64,000 bases of DNA from Malacoraja senta (taxonomy: Eukaryota): positions 62,001 to 126,000 of the forward strand of contig JAXLNO010000455.1 in the NCBI GenBank assembly GCA_038087875.1, read 5' to 3'. The position numbers and the translations under genes are program-made. Numbering within the stretch: position 1 is the stretch's first letter; each line of letters begins with the position of its first letter. The notes under the pieces were generated by a model. It saw only the letters and a list, made by a program, of their open reading frames with translations. It made no database searches and was not told the origin of the DNA. Shown piece after piece: positions 42,876 to 54,536 of this stretch.

Positions 42876-45143
42876 GATTTAATTTCGGAAGTTGCATCGT
42901 GTGCTGGAATTAGCGATCATTATATTATCCAAGCAAAACTGCACACAAAGCTTAAAGTTCCTTCAAAACCACCGCGTAAAATTTCCCTCTGGAAAAAAAA
43001 TGAACAGCGAGGAATTTAAAGTCTTAGCAAAAAAAACTGGGAAAAGATTTCTTCAACCTCCAACCAGATAAAAGATTCGTAAAAGACAACTGGGTCTGGC
43101 TGAGAAACTCTTTAAATAATATTGTTACAAATCATGTTCCTCAAAAACTCATTAAGGGCCGTATGCGTCCTCCTTGGTTTTCGGCAAAACTGAAACGTCT
43201 CTGCAGAAAGAAAGAGAAGGTTTATATCCATACCAAAAAAAGGGTACAAAACTGGACTGGGACAATTTTACTAGAATGCGAAAGCAAGTCGATCGTGCTA
43301 TTAGGAGTGCTCATAGACAACATGTTTCTTCTATTCTTGGGGGAGAGCAACCCAAGGCTTTTTGGAGATATGTGAAATCCAGACGGACAGACAACACTGG
43401 TGTCCAGATGCTTAAAGTGAACGACTGTCTGATCACTGAGGACCAGGCGAAAGCAGAAGCTCTTGCAAACCAATTCCAACACGTTTTCACCCAGGAAGAT
43501 ATGGAGCCTTCATCATTTCCAGTTCTACCGCCCAGCCCGTATGCTGATATGCCTGCTATTAAAATTGAGGTTGAAGGTGTCAAGAAGTTATTGCTCAACA
43601 TCAATACCACAAAAGCAATTGGACCAGATCAGGTACAGAATCAAGCCCTCAAGATCGCGGCCGAAGAACTGGCTCCAGTTTTGCAGTTCATTTTCCAACA
43701 ATCGCTTGACTCAGGTGATGTTCCGCTGGATTGGAGGAAGGCTAACATCACTCCTCTCTTTAAGAAGGGTTCAACCACCAACCCAGTGAATTATCGTCCT
43801 GTTTCATTAACAAGTACTTGCTGCAAATTACTGGAGCATGTAATTGATAGTAATCTGATGAGACACGTGAGCAAACATAACATTCTTGCTGACAACCAAC
43901 ATGCATTTAGGAGGCATAGATCATGTGAGTCTCAGCTTATCCTGATGACAAATGACCTGGCCAAACATCTTGATGGTAACGTCATCACGGATTTAGTAGT
44001 GCTGGACTTTTCTAAAGCATTTGATGTCATCCCACACCAGAGACTGCTTCGGAAGCTTGACTTCTATGGTAGTCGTTCCAACACGAAACGATGGATTTCC
44101 AGTTTCCTGCCAAATGGTCTTCAGCGCGTGTGTGTGAACGGAAAGAGCTCCAATTGGCATCCAGTGTTGAGTGGTACACCTCAGGGCACAGTACTTGGCC
44201 CACATCTGTTTTTGCTTTACATAAATGACATCCATGTAAAAGTCGCAAGCACGACCAGACTATTCGCTGATGATTGTTTGCTGTACCGTCCAATTAAGTC
44301 AGCTGATGACGAAGATGCTCTCCAAAAGGATCTTGATACAATGGTTGAGTGGTCACAACAATGAGGCATGCAGTTGAACCCTTCCAAATGTGAACCATGC
44401 GTGTCACCAGAAAGAGGAATCCAGGCGAAACATCGTACAATATACTTGGTACCACCCTTGAAGAACCCAAACAAACCAATATCTTGGCATCAAATTACAG
44501 AATGTTCTGCGCTGGAATGGTCAGACTCATCATGCAACGGTGAAAGCAACAGGTGTCCTAAATTTTCTGAGGCGCAACTTTCATCATTGTTCACCTTCTG
44601 TCAAGGAGAAGCTATACTTCACCCTCGTTAGACCTCATTTGGACTACGCAGTTGCAGCATGGGACCCATACAGAAACAAAAACATTTCTTCCATCGAACG
44701 TGTCCAAAGACAGGCAGCTCGATTTGTTACTAACACCTATGAGAGAGAAGCGAGTGTTACCAAACTTCTGAATTCTCTGGGATGGAACGCTCTCCAAGAC
44801 AGACGTGAAGCTCACCGTTTGACCTGTTTTTACAAAATGTTAAATGGTCAGCTCGACATAGATTACAAGACCGATACCAAACCCAAACCAATTAGGAGCA
44901 GACGAGCGCATTCGATCCAATTTGTGATTCCAGCTACCAAGACAGATGTGTACAGCAACTCGTTCTTCCCCCGCACAATTAAAGCATGGAATAATCTCCA
45001 CCCTACTTTAGTTACCCAACCAGATGCAAGTAAATTTAAGGTAGCTCTTTCTTCCCAAATACCCTTTCTGGCTTAAGTCCTCCCTCCACCAGTTTAAATT
45101 CCATTTGGAATATTTTGGAGGACCAAGAAACCAAGAACCAAGA
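42876..45143 (+). mobile_element. CR1-group LINE of a distinct, invertebrate-like family, truncated in the endonuclease domain
   Basis: GISDH (APE C-terminus, ~42905), YRPVSLTSTCCKLLEH, DFSKAFD, SGTPQGTVLGP, RLFADDCLLY, SFFPRTIKAWN; 3' tail (ACCAAGA)n. Confidence 0.88.
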
Positions 45144-45399
45144 CACCCGTTCTATTCAAGAATTTGTCTATCTCTGCCTTAAAAATATCCACTGACTTGG
45201 CCTCCACAGCCCTCTGTGGCAATGAGTTCCACAGATTAATTACCTCTGACTAAAGAAGTTCCTGCTCACCTCCTTTCTAAAAGAGCGCCCCTTAATTTTG
45301 AGGCAATGATGCCACAGCAAGCATCCTCTCGTAGTTTCAGTTGATGGAATATGTGCTGCAGAATGTTGTCAGATTAGCCGAACACTAGTGCTTGATCTG

Positions 45400-45750
45400 C
45401 CAACATACTGGATCTTCCAGTTGCTCACCATTATAACTGCCCTTCACATTCCCATCATAAGCTTTCTGTCCTCAGCCTCCTCCATTGCCAGAGTGAGACC
45501 ACACATAAACTGGAGAAGCAGCATTTCATCCACCACTTGGGTAGTTTACAACCTAATGATATGAACATTGAAATCACTAACTTCCCTCCTTTTCTCCCTC
45601 CTCCCGATCACTATCAGTCTGAAGAAAGTACTTGACTCAAAATATCACCTATTCATGTTCTCCAGAGATTCTGTCTGTCTGACCCATTGAGTTACTCCAG
45701 CACTTTGAGTCTTTTTCTGTAAACCAGCATCTGCAGTTCCTGGTATTTCC
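45400..45750 (+). mobile_element. Degenerate Penelope-like (GIY-YIG) remnant
   Basis: Translates to KLEKQHFIHHLGSLQPNDMNIEITNF, resembling the PLE endonuclease C-terminus, followed by CAGTCTGAAGAA..., resembling a decayed hammerhead core. Confidence 0.6.
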
Positions 45751-46169
45751 TATACAAGCATTTGGCTTAAAACTTTTTTTAAAATTGGCGTCCATATAGA
45801 AGGTAGAAAGACAGGCAACAGGACTTCCTGTTTAGAACATCTCAGTAAACCTTACCCCAGCACAAATGTTACAAAACATTAGGCCCAAAAGTGGAACTGA
45901 GCATCACGGAATAAGCCAGTTCGGTATTCCGAAAAACACAAGGAACCAGGAGATTTGGCAAAGGTCATTCGAGAATTAAAAAAAAACGAACGGGGTACGT
46001 GGTAGCGGGGAGAGCGGGTGTAACAGCGAGAGTGAGAGAGAGAGGGGGCAGTTGCAAGTGGGAGACAGGGAGAGATGGTGAGAGGTGGGGAAAGAGGTTT
46101 CAGTTAGACAAACAACCACTGGTAAAGCCATGGCTCGTTGCTTCTAGAAGAGTGGAGAAAATGTCCTCA

Positions 46170-47085
46170 ATCGACAGAATGCAACTTCAGAAACCTCTCG
46201 TCTCCACCGCGCTGGAGATTTCCGCTGGTGCAAGGAACAAATGACCTAAAGTTTGCATTGAGTGAACTGAGTGTTCTTACCGTCCTCGTCGTACACCGGC
46301 GTTTAGTGAGAGTGGTTGTATCCCGGGATCCAGGGATGGAGGAGTCAGCGGCCGACAGACAGGTGAGCGGGCCACGGTAGCTGGTGCCTCTCCCTCCACT
46401 CACTCGCAGCTGGAAGAAGTGATACCTCTACACCCCGGGTCGAGAGCTGCCTCCTCCATCCCGCTGCTCAGCGGCAGCTGACTAGGATCCCACAGCATCA
46501 CCGATGCCTCACATCAGCTCCTGACCCCCCGCCCGCCTGTCTGTCTGTCCGGATAATGTGACCGACGTTGGTTGAGCTGAAGCTGGGATCCAACCACTCT
46601 CACAAAACGCCGGTGTCCGGCGGCGAGAATGTTAACAACACAGTTCACTCAACGCAAACTTGAGGTCCTTTGATCATTAGTTACGCCCGTGGAAATCCCC
46701 GCTCCCATCCATCCCAACCACGCTCACACACACGTCTAATGTGTAGGAGGTGTGAAGGAGGCTCTTCTATCCAGAGGTCCGCGGACGGGAGTGTCGGTCG
46801 GTCCAGGCCCGCAGGCAGTGCGGAGGGTTTATGGGAGGGGGGGTTGTGGGGGTAGTGGGGTGTGTGGACGGGGGGAGAGGGGTAGAGAGCTCGGAGCAAA
46901 TACAGGGGAAGAGCCATGGGGGAGAAGGGGGTATCACGGGAGCCAGCGAGGGGGACCAGAGGGGTAGTGGCTGGAATTGGCAGTGCGATGGGGACTCACA
47001 GTGGGCGCTGGTCGTTCTCCTACGCTGGGATCAGTCTCTGCTCTCCGTTTGGCGACATCGGCGACATCTCCGACTCAACTCCATA
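46170..47085. promoter_or_regulatory. CpG-rich, promoter/first-exon-like region
   Basis: High GC and CpG density relative to the flanks. Minus-strand donor-like sites GTGAGT (46999-46994) and GTAAGA (~46280). Confidence 0.45.
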
Positions 47086-47089
47086 CACA

Positions 47090-47515
47090 CCCCTCCCCCA
47101 TCCCCTCATCCCCCCACAACCCCAACCCCGCCCCCCCCCCACAACCCCCCACCCCCACAACCTCCTCCCCCTACAACCCCCTCCCCCCACAACCCCAACC
47201 CTCCCCCACAAACCGCTCCTCCACACCCTCCTCCACCACAACCCCAACCCTCCCCCCACAACCCCCTCCCCCCACAACCCCGACCCTCCCCCCACAACCC
47301 CCCCTCCTCCACACCCTTCGCCCCCCACACCCTCCTCCCCCACAACCCCAACCCTCCCCGCACAAACCCCTCCTCCCCCACAACCCCAACCCCCCCCACA
47401 ACCTCCCCCACAACCCCCCCCTCCTCCACACCCTCCGCCCCCCACACACTCCTCCCCCACAACCCCAACCCGCCCCTCCCCCCACAACCCCCCCTCTTCC
47501 ACACAACCCGTCCCC
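47090..47515. repeat. C-rich minisatellite (CCCCCACAACCCC/AACCCT motifs), G-quadruplex/i-motif prone
   Basis: Repeated CCCCCACAACCCCAACCCT variants; the + strand is almost only C and A. Confidence 0.85.
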
Positions 47516-47752
47516 CGTTAACATAAAATAAAAAATAGTTAAAATAAATATTAAAAGGTTATTAAAGTAAATTAAGTAATCACATTAAGGATGTTTCATT
47601 CTAAATATATTTAATATAAAATAATTATAAATAATTTTAAACACTATTAACATTTATGACAGAAATTGACATTGTTGCGGGAAATCAACTTTGAATCCAG
47701 ATTACGTAGAGGTTGTTAGTGTTGCAGAGTGCGGGGCAGCCGAGCTCCAGCA

Positions 47753-47865
47753 TCACATCACTGGTTCTCCGTGGACATGGAACGGTAGAGGCAAGTGTAT
47801 TCTGGATGGCCCCAGTTGTTATTCACCCGCAGTTCAGTGAATTTGTAAACGGCAGCATCTTTATT
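47753..47865 (-). CDS. SUN-domain terminal exon, frameshifted
   Basis: TTTGTAG|; reads NKDAAVYKFTELRVNNNWGHPEYTCLYR then SMSTENQ*. Restoring one base gives FHVHGEPVM*. Confidence 0.9.
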
Positions 47866-48244
47866 CTACAAAGCAAAAAAACATGGTGACAGATCAGGGA
47901 ACCTGTGCTTCAGTATGAAAGTACTGTACGCTGGAGAGAAGATGGATTAGCTACAAACCAGACTTCAAACATCCTGCTGATCATGGATTTCAGGACATTC
48001 TATTCAATTACATACAGCATTGATAACAAGCATTGTATCATGGAAAAGGTAGATGTTTTACAGAGGTATAAGGGGAACATGGATCTCAAATGACAGCAGG
48101 AAATACTGGGAGCAACAGCTTTACTCCATGTAGCATCGTGGATGAGGAGAGAACATGCTTACTTACACAGGCTTGCTTTGTGGCAACTGACAAATTGTGA
48201 ATAAAGTAGCCATGAAAAATAAACTTCTATTCTGGAAAGATAAA

Positions 48245-48647
48245 ATGCTGGAGTTCACAAGATTGATCCCTGGGATGGCGGGACTGTCATATGGGGAAAG
48301 ATTGAAAAGACTAGGCTTGTATTCACTGGAGTTTAGAAGGATGAGGGGGAATCTTATAGAAACACATACAATTATAAAAGGACTGGACAAGCTAGATGCA
48401 GGAAAAATGTTCCCAATGTTGGGCGAGTCCAGAACCAGGGGCCACAGTCTTAGAATAAAGGGGGGGCGGATCATTTAAGACTGAGGTCGGAAAAAACGTT
48501 TTCACCCAGAGAGTTGTGAATTTATGGAATTCCCTGCCACAGAGGGCAGTGGAGGCCAAATCACTCGATGGATTTAAGAGAGAGTTAGATAGAGCTCTAG
48601 GGGCTAGTGGAGTCAGGGGATATGGGAAGAAGGCAGGCACGGGTTAT
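48245..48647 (+). mobile_element. CR1 3' fragment (second subfamily), intronic
   Basis: FTRLIPGMAGLSYGERLKRLGLYSLEFRRMRGNLIE; cut off where the minus-strand CR1 tail begins. Confidence 0.85.
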
Positions 48648-49900
48648 TAACCATATAACCATATAACCATTACAGCACAGAAACAGGCCATCTCGGCCCT
48701 TCAAGTCCGTGCCGAACATCATTTTTGTTTAATTAAACAAAAACAAAAATACTTCCCCCTTGTCCCATCTACCTGCACACAGACCATAACCCTCCATTCC
48801 TTTCCCGTCCATATACCCATCCAATCTATTTTTAAAGGATAAAATCGAACCTGCCTCCACCACTTCCACTGGAAGCTCATTCCACACAGCTACCACTCTC
48901 TGAGTAAAGAAGTTCCCCCTAATGTTACCCCTAAATCTCTGTCCCTTAATTCTCAACTCATTTCCCTTGTTTGAATCTTCCCTACTCTCAATGGAAAAAG
49001 CTTATCCACGTCAAATCTGTCTAACCCGCTCATAATTTTAAAGACCTCTATCAAGTCCCCTCTTAACCTTCTGCGCTTCAAAGAATAAAGACTTAACGTT
49101 CAACCTTTCTCTGTAACTTAGTTGCTGAAACCCAGGCAACATTCTAGTAAATCTCCTCTGTACTCTCTCTATTTTGTTGACATCCTTCCTATAATTAGGC
49201 GACCAAAATTGTACTCCATACTCCAGAATTGGCCTCACCAATGCCTTGTACAATTTTAACATTACATCCCAACTTCTATATTCAATGCTCTGATTTATAA
49301 AGGCCAGCACACCAAAAGCTTTCTTTACCACCCTATCTACACGAGATTGCACCTTCTGGGAACTATGCACACTTATTCCTAGATCCCTCTGTTCAACTGC
49401 ATTCCTCAATTCGCTACCATTTACCATGTACGTCGTATTTTGATTTGTCCTGCCGAGATGTAGTACCTCACATTTATCAGCATTAAACTCCATCTGCCAT
49501 CTTTCAGCCCACTCTTCCAAATGGCCTAAATCTCTCTGTAGACTTTGAAAATCTACATTATTATCCACCACACCACCTATCTTAGTATCATCTGCATACT
49601 TACTAATCCAATTTTCTACATCATCATCCAGATCATTGATGTACATGACAAACAACAGTGGACCCAACGCAGACCGCTGAGGCACCCCACTAGTCACCGG
49701 CCTCCAACCTGACAAACAGCCATCCACCATTACTCTCTGGCATCTCCCATTCAGCCACTGTTGAATCCATCTTGCTACTCCACCATTAATACCCAACAAT
49801 TTAATCTTCTTAACCAACCTTCCATGAGGAACCTTGTCAAAGGCCTTACTGAAGTCCATATAGACAACATCCACTGCTTTACCCTCATCAATTTCCCTAG
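48648..49900 (-). mobile_element. CR1 LINE, 5'-truncated, same subfamily as 41208-42826
   Basis: ORF 49038-49874 is nearly the same protein; tail (CCATATAA)n on the + strand. Confidence 0.93.
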
Positions 49901-49958
49901 TCCAAGGTTATAGGATTGTTCCAGCAAGGAATCAATGATCCTTTATTCACTTCCATAC

Positions 49959-50051
49959 CTGCACCTCAAACGTCTGGATTGAATCCCCTTCCTCGTTATA
50001 CATGTATGGTCCCAATAGGACCCCTTTGGCTTGATTTTCATCATCCAAGCC
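49959..50051 (-). CDS. SUN-domain exon (93 bp)
   Basis: TTCACAG|...|GTATGG; GLDDENQAKGVLLGPYMYNEEGDSIQTFEVQ. Confidence 0.92.
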
Positions 50052-50169
50052 CTGTGAACAAGTAGAAATTAGCAAGCTTTACACACAGAAAATTACTCTC
50101 CAGTCACCCCAACAATTCTACCAGCTGGTGGAAGCACGACTTTCACCCTTGCCTGGAAGAAAGCTTCAC

Positions 50170-50265
50170 GATTCAAGATTCAAGAGAGTTTATTGTCATG
50201 TGTCCCTGATAGGACAATGAAATTCTTGCTTTGCTTCAGCACAACAGAACATAGTAGGCATTGAC
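50170..50265 (-). mobile_element. Short LINE 3'-end fragment, Rex1-like
   Basis: GATTCAAGATTCAAGAGAGTTTATTGTCAT is a tandem tail plus ATGACAATAAA on the minus strand. Confidence 0.55.
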
Positions 50266-50995
50266 ATTAGTAGGCAATACATTGGTTCAATATATAAAGT
50301 TATTTCATTTCAAACAGTCAATTGGAAAAATGTCATCACCTCATTTAACACATGAAGTGAATCTGTACACAATCAAATAGAATGAAACGATGCCCTGCAT
50401 GCGTAGCATCAACTCTCATCTGTGGGAGAAGATGAGAGTGGTCGCCCACAGGGGCCTCATCAGGCACCTCTATACCCACAGAACTAGAGGGGAAGCAAGT
50501 CATCCTCAATCCTGAGAGAATACCACTGACGAATTGTTCACCCCAGTCAGGAAAGCACTTGGTATAAAAAGTGTCGCTAGTATGCGTAGTGTTAACTTTA
50601 ATCTCATCTATTGATTGTAAAGTTGCTTCATCACTGTATGAAGCTTTTGTAGTTAGCAGTGTTGAGGATTGTGCAATAAAGTGACAAAACTCAGTGAAGA
50701 GAGTGAAAACCCAGAATCACAGTTCAAACACCAGTATGAGCAATTTGTGTAGCATGGAAGATTGAAGATTATATTAGAGGGCCTTCTATTTGAGGGATTA
50801 TTGTTCTGGACTGTGAAACTGAATTTGCTCATTTTTAACAGAACTTGTTAATGCTATTGACGTGGATTGTGAGACCACTCGGGACCCTGAACATGGAATC
50901 CAATGTCCAAGAAAGCCTTGCCATGTTCAGCAGCATGCTCCACACAAACACCATGGTTCCCAAACATACACTCATATTCTATACGTTTCACTCAC

Positions 50996-51160
50996 ATAAA
51001 TAAAGTCTTGAGGGGCACTTCTAATTGATCCACGCGGAGAAATGGATCTTGGAATGTACACTAGGGTAAAGGCTGTAGTCCTGATCCGGACAGCAAGCTC
51101 GATGACAACAAAGCCTTGGGAGCCTTTAACTGGCCAACAGTTCCCAGGATGAACCTCCGG
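50996..51160 (-). CDS. SUN-domain exon (165 bp)
   Basis: CTTGCAG|...|GTGAGT; PEVHPGNCWPVKGSQGFVVIELAVRIRTTAFTLVYIPRSISPRGSIRSAPQDFIY. Confidence 0.93.
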
Positions 51161-51209
51161 CTGCAAGAGAGAACAAGAACAAAAACATTAGGAAAGATTC
51201 TCAGTTTCA

Positions 51210-51477
51210 TTTAGATATTCAGCGCGGAAACAGGAAATATTAACACTATTCTACCCACACTCGGGACAATTTTGTTTTACATTTACCAAGCCAATTAACC
51301 TACAAACCTGTACGTCTTTGGAGAGTTGGAGGAAACCGAAGATCTAGAAGAAAACCCACACAGGTCACGGGGAGAAAGTACAAATTCCAAACAGACAGCA
51401 TGCATAGTTGGGATCGAACCAGGGTCTCTGGCGCTGCAAGCGCTGTAAGGCAACAACTCTACCACTGTGCTGCCCAC
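51210..51477 (-). mobile_element. tRNA-derived V-SINE (HE1-like)
   Basis: Minus strand has an A-box-like AGTGGTAGAG, a B-box GGTTCGATCCC, and a V-domain-like TTCTCCCCGTGACCTG..GGTTTCCTCC..TCCAAAGACGTACAGGTTTGTAGGTTAATTGG. Confidence 0.8.
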
Positions 51478-51574
51478 AATTATCTACCCACAATTATCCC
51501 CCTTCCTTTCAACAGAACACTGATTCTTCCTAAAGGGACAGCAAAGATTTGGATTTTTGGACACGATCCACCTG

Positions 51575-51792
51575 ATATTTATAGAATAATGAAAGGCACA
51601 GAGTGGATGTGGAAAGGATGTTTCCACTGGTGAGAGAATCTAGGACCAGAGGTCATAGCCTCAGTATTAAAGGGTGATCCTTTAGAAAGGAGGAACTTCA
51701 TTGCCACAGAGGGTTGTGGAGTCCAAGTCAGTGGATATTTTTAAGGCAGAGATAGACCAATTCTTGATTAGAACGGGTGTCAAGGGTTATTT
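51575..51792 (+). mobile_element. Old CR1 3' fragment
   Basis: TCTAGGACCAGAGGTCATAGCCTCAG..TTTAAGGCAGAGATAGA resembles the other CR1 copies. Confidence 0.65.
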
Positions 51793-52179
51793 TGGGAACA
51801 GGGATGGGTTGTTGGGGTGGGGGTTGCTATGGCAGGAATCTGCACTCTCGATCCCTCAATGTCTTCTGCCAATTTACCTCAACAAGGCACAATGAGAAAC
51901 TGCGCTACAATTTTCCAGCAGAGCCCATTTGCTGCTTTTGGTTCATGGTGTGACAATTATTAAGTTAATGCAGAGAACAGGAGTTACTGAGACATTTTTA
52001 ACACACTGTCCCCAACACAGATATTCTCACACCATTTACAAAGTATCAGGACAAGTACCTGAACCAGCAGGACCTCTGTCTCGGGCAGTGTGATCAAATG
52101 CAACCCAAAATATGCTTTCTCCGATCTCCTCTAAATCTTTCTTTGCTTTAAAACCTCAACCCTCTGGACTTAGACACCT

Positions 52180-53827
52180 CTATTTCTATGCTCGCTTTGA
52201 CCGGGATAACAAAACCCCAGCCATCAAAGTTGCTCCACCCCCAAATGAACAACCCCTCAGTCTCTCCACCTCTGCTGTACAAGATGCACTGAGCAAGGTG
52301 AATGAGCGGTAAGGTGCCGGCCCCAATGGCATCCCTGGCCGGGTGCTTAGGGCATGTGCTGGACAACTATCCCCAGTCTTTACCGACATTTTCAATCTCT
52401 CACTGGCCCAGGGTGTTGTCCCCACTTGCCTCAAGACATCAACCATCGTGCCAGTGCCCAAACAGTCAGCCACAGGGAGCCTCAACGATTTCCGCCCAGG
52501 GGCACTCACCCTGTCATTGCTAAGTGCTTTGAGCGGCTGATCTTGGCTCACCTCAAAGCCAGCCTCCCCCCACACTGGACCCCCATCAGTTTGCCTACCG
52601 GGCCAACAGGTCTACAGAGGACGCCATATCGGCGGCCCTACACTCTGCCCTGACCCACCTGGACAACAACAACTCCTACATCAGGTTGCTGTTCATTGAT
52701 TTCAGCTCCGCTTTTAACACTGCCATTCCCGCCAGCTTGATCACCAAACTCAGCGGGCTTGGCATCTCCACCTCCCTCTGCAACTGGACACTGGATTTCC
52801 TCACCAACAGACCACAGTCTGTTAGGGTCAACAACCTCACCTCCTCCACTATAACACTGAACACCGGCGTGCCACAGGGCTGTGTGCTCAGCCCTCTCCT
52901 CTACTCCCTCTTCACCCACGACTGCATCCCTAGGTACGGATCCAACGCCATCATTAAGTTTGCTGACGACACCACGGTGGTAGGACTGATCAGTGACAAC
53001 GATGAGTCAGCCTACAGAGAGGAGGTCCAGCACCTGACAACCTGGTGTGCCAACAATAACCTCGTCCTCAACTCCAAGAAGACGAAGGAAATTATTGTCG
53101 ACTTCAGGAAGGTCAGAGGGGGCAGACATACCCCCATCCATATAAACGGGACTGAGGTGGAGCGCGTCTCCAGCTACAAATTCCTCGGGGTACACATCTC
53201 GGAGGATTTGTCCTGGTCCCTCAACACCTCCAAGCTGACCAAAAAGACACAGCAGCGCCTTTACTTCCTGAGGAGGCTCAAGAAAGCCCACCTGTCCCCC
53301 CAGATCCTGACCAACTTCTACCGGTGTACCATCGAGAGCATCCTGACCACCTGCTTCACGGTATGGTACAGCAGCTGCACTGTTGCGGACAGGAAGGCAC
53401 TACAACGGGTGGTGAAAACCGCGCAGCACATCATCGGTGCCCCGCTCCCTGCCATGGATGCCCTCCACCGAAAACGGTGTCTGAAATGGGCTGGGAAGAT
53501 CATTAAAGACCCCTCCCACCCCAACCATGGACTGTTTGCCCTCCTCACATCAGGGAGGCGGTACAGGAGCCTCAGGTCTCGTACCAGTAGGATGAGGAAC
53601 AGCTTCTACAATTATACCGTCGCATTGCTGAACTCGGAGTCCCGCCGATAGATTCCTCCGGTCCCTCCGTCCCCATTGTTAATTATTCTGTATTTTTTAT
53701 TATTCTGTATCCTCTTTTCTTTTAAATTTCTATATTGCACTACTACTACGGACTGACGCAAAACTGCATTTCGTTGTACCCATACTCAGTATTTGTGCAA
53801 TGACATTAAAGTTGAATTGAATTGAAT
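52180..53827 (+). mobile_element. Rex1/Babar LINE, 5'-truncated
   Basis: [68 protein letters not shown]; tail (TTGAA)n. Confidence 0.92.
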
Positions 53828-53829
53828 TT

Positions 53830-54320
53830 TGCTATGGAGGGAACACATCAGAAGTGCAGCAGATTAACTGTAGGGCCGACGTATGAAGAGCAATCTGGTC
53901 AATATTCACTGGAGTTTGGAAGGAATGATCATTTTATAGAAACCTACAAAATTTAGAAGTTGTAACAGGACTGGAAAGATTCGAGGTAAGATGTTCCTGA
54001 TGCTGGGGAGTTTCAGGATCAGGATCACAGTGCGAGGATAAGGCGAGGTCATGTAGAACTCAGAGGGGGAGAAATCTCTTCATCCAGAGTGGTGAACCAG
54101 AGGAATTCTCTATCATGGAATGCAATTGAAATCAGATCGTTGAATATACTCATGAGTTAAATATTGTTCTTGTAGCTAGAGTGACCAAGATGTATGGGGA
54201 GAAAGGTATGGGGAGTCCCCCAACTGGGGACTCAATTTGGATGATCAGCCATGATCACACTGAGGGGTTGAGTGGGCTTGAAGGGCCACATTGCTTACTC
54301 CTGTTCATAATTTCCATGTT
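53830..54320 (+). mobile_element. Highly decayed CR1 3' fragment
   Basis: TATTCACTGGAGTTTGGAAGGAATG..GATGATCAGCCATGATC..GGCTTGAAGGGCC..TACTCCTGTTC. Confidence 0.65.
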
Positions 54321-54536
54321 TCTATTCCATATCCCACAACTGTGGTACTGAACAAGCACGCGTGATGGGCCAATACATGACTTTTTTCGACATATATATC
54401 AATATACCATGCATTCTTCTGACTGGGAAGAACTGTTATGCAGACAGATTATGTTTCGCATAAACCTGGGGAAAGCAGAAGACACGCACTAGTTGTGGTG
54501 CACCCAAGAGCAAATCTTGAAGTTGTGGACCTATAG

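Larger units (their letters stand above)
41160..45305 (-). mobile_element. Short CR1 3' fragment split in three (41160-41207, 42827-42875, 45144-45305) by two LINE insertions
   Basis: The pieces join into one CR1 tail: CCATTCGGCCC..CCGCCATTCAA | ATCTCTGCCTCCTAATCCCATTT..CCCCATAACCCTCGA | CACCCG..CTATCTCTGCCTTAAAAATATCCACTGACTTGGCCTCCACAGCC. Confidence 0.7.

Noticed and set aside
46831..47531. Pro-rich/Gly-rich ORFs in six frames, and a possible telomeric repeat
   Set aside because: These are translations of the C-rich minisatellite, and there is no true (CCCTAA)n run.
51400..51477. tRNA gene on the minus strand
   Set aside because: The A/B boxes continue into a V-SINE body and tail.
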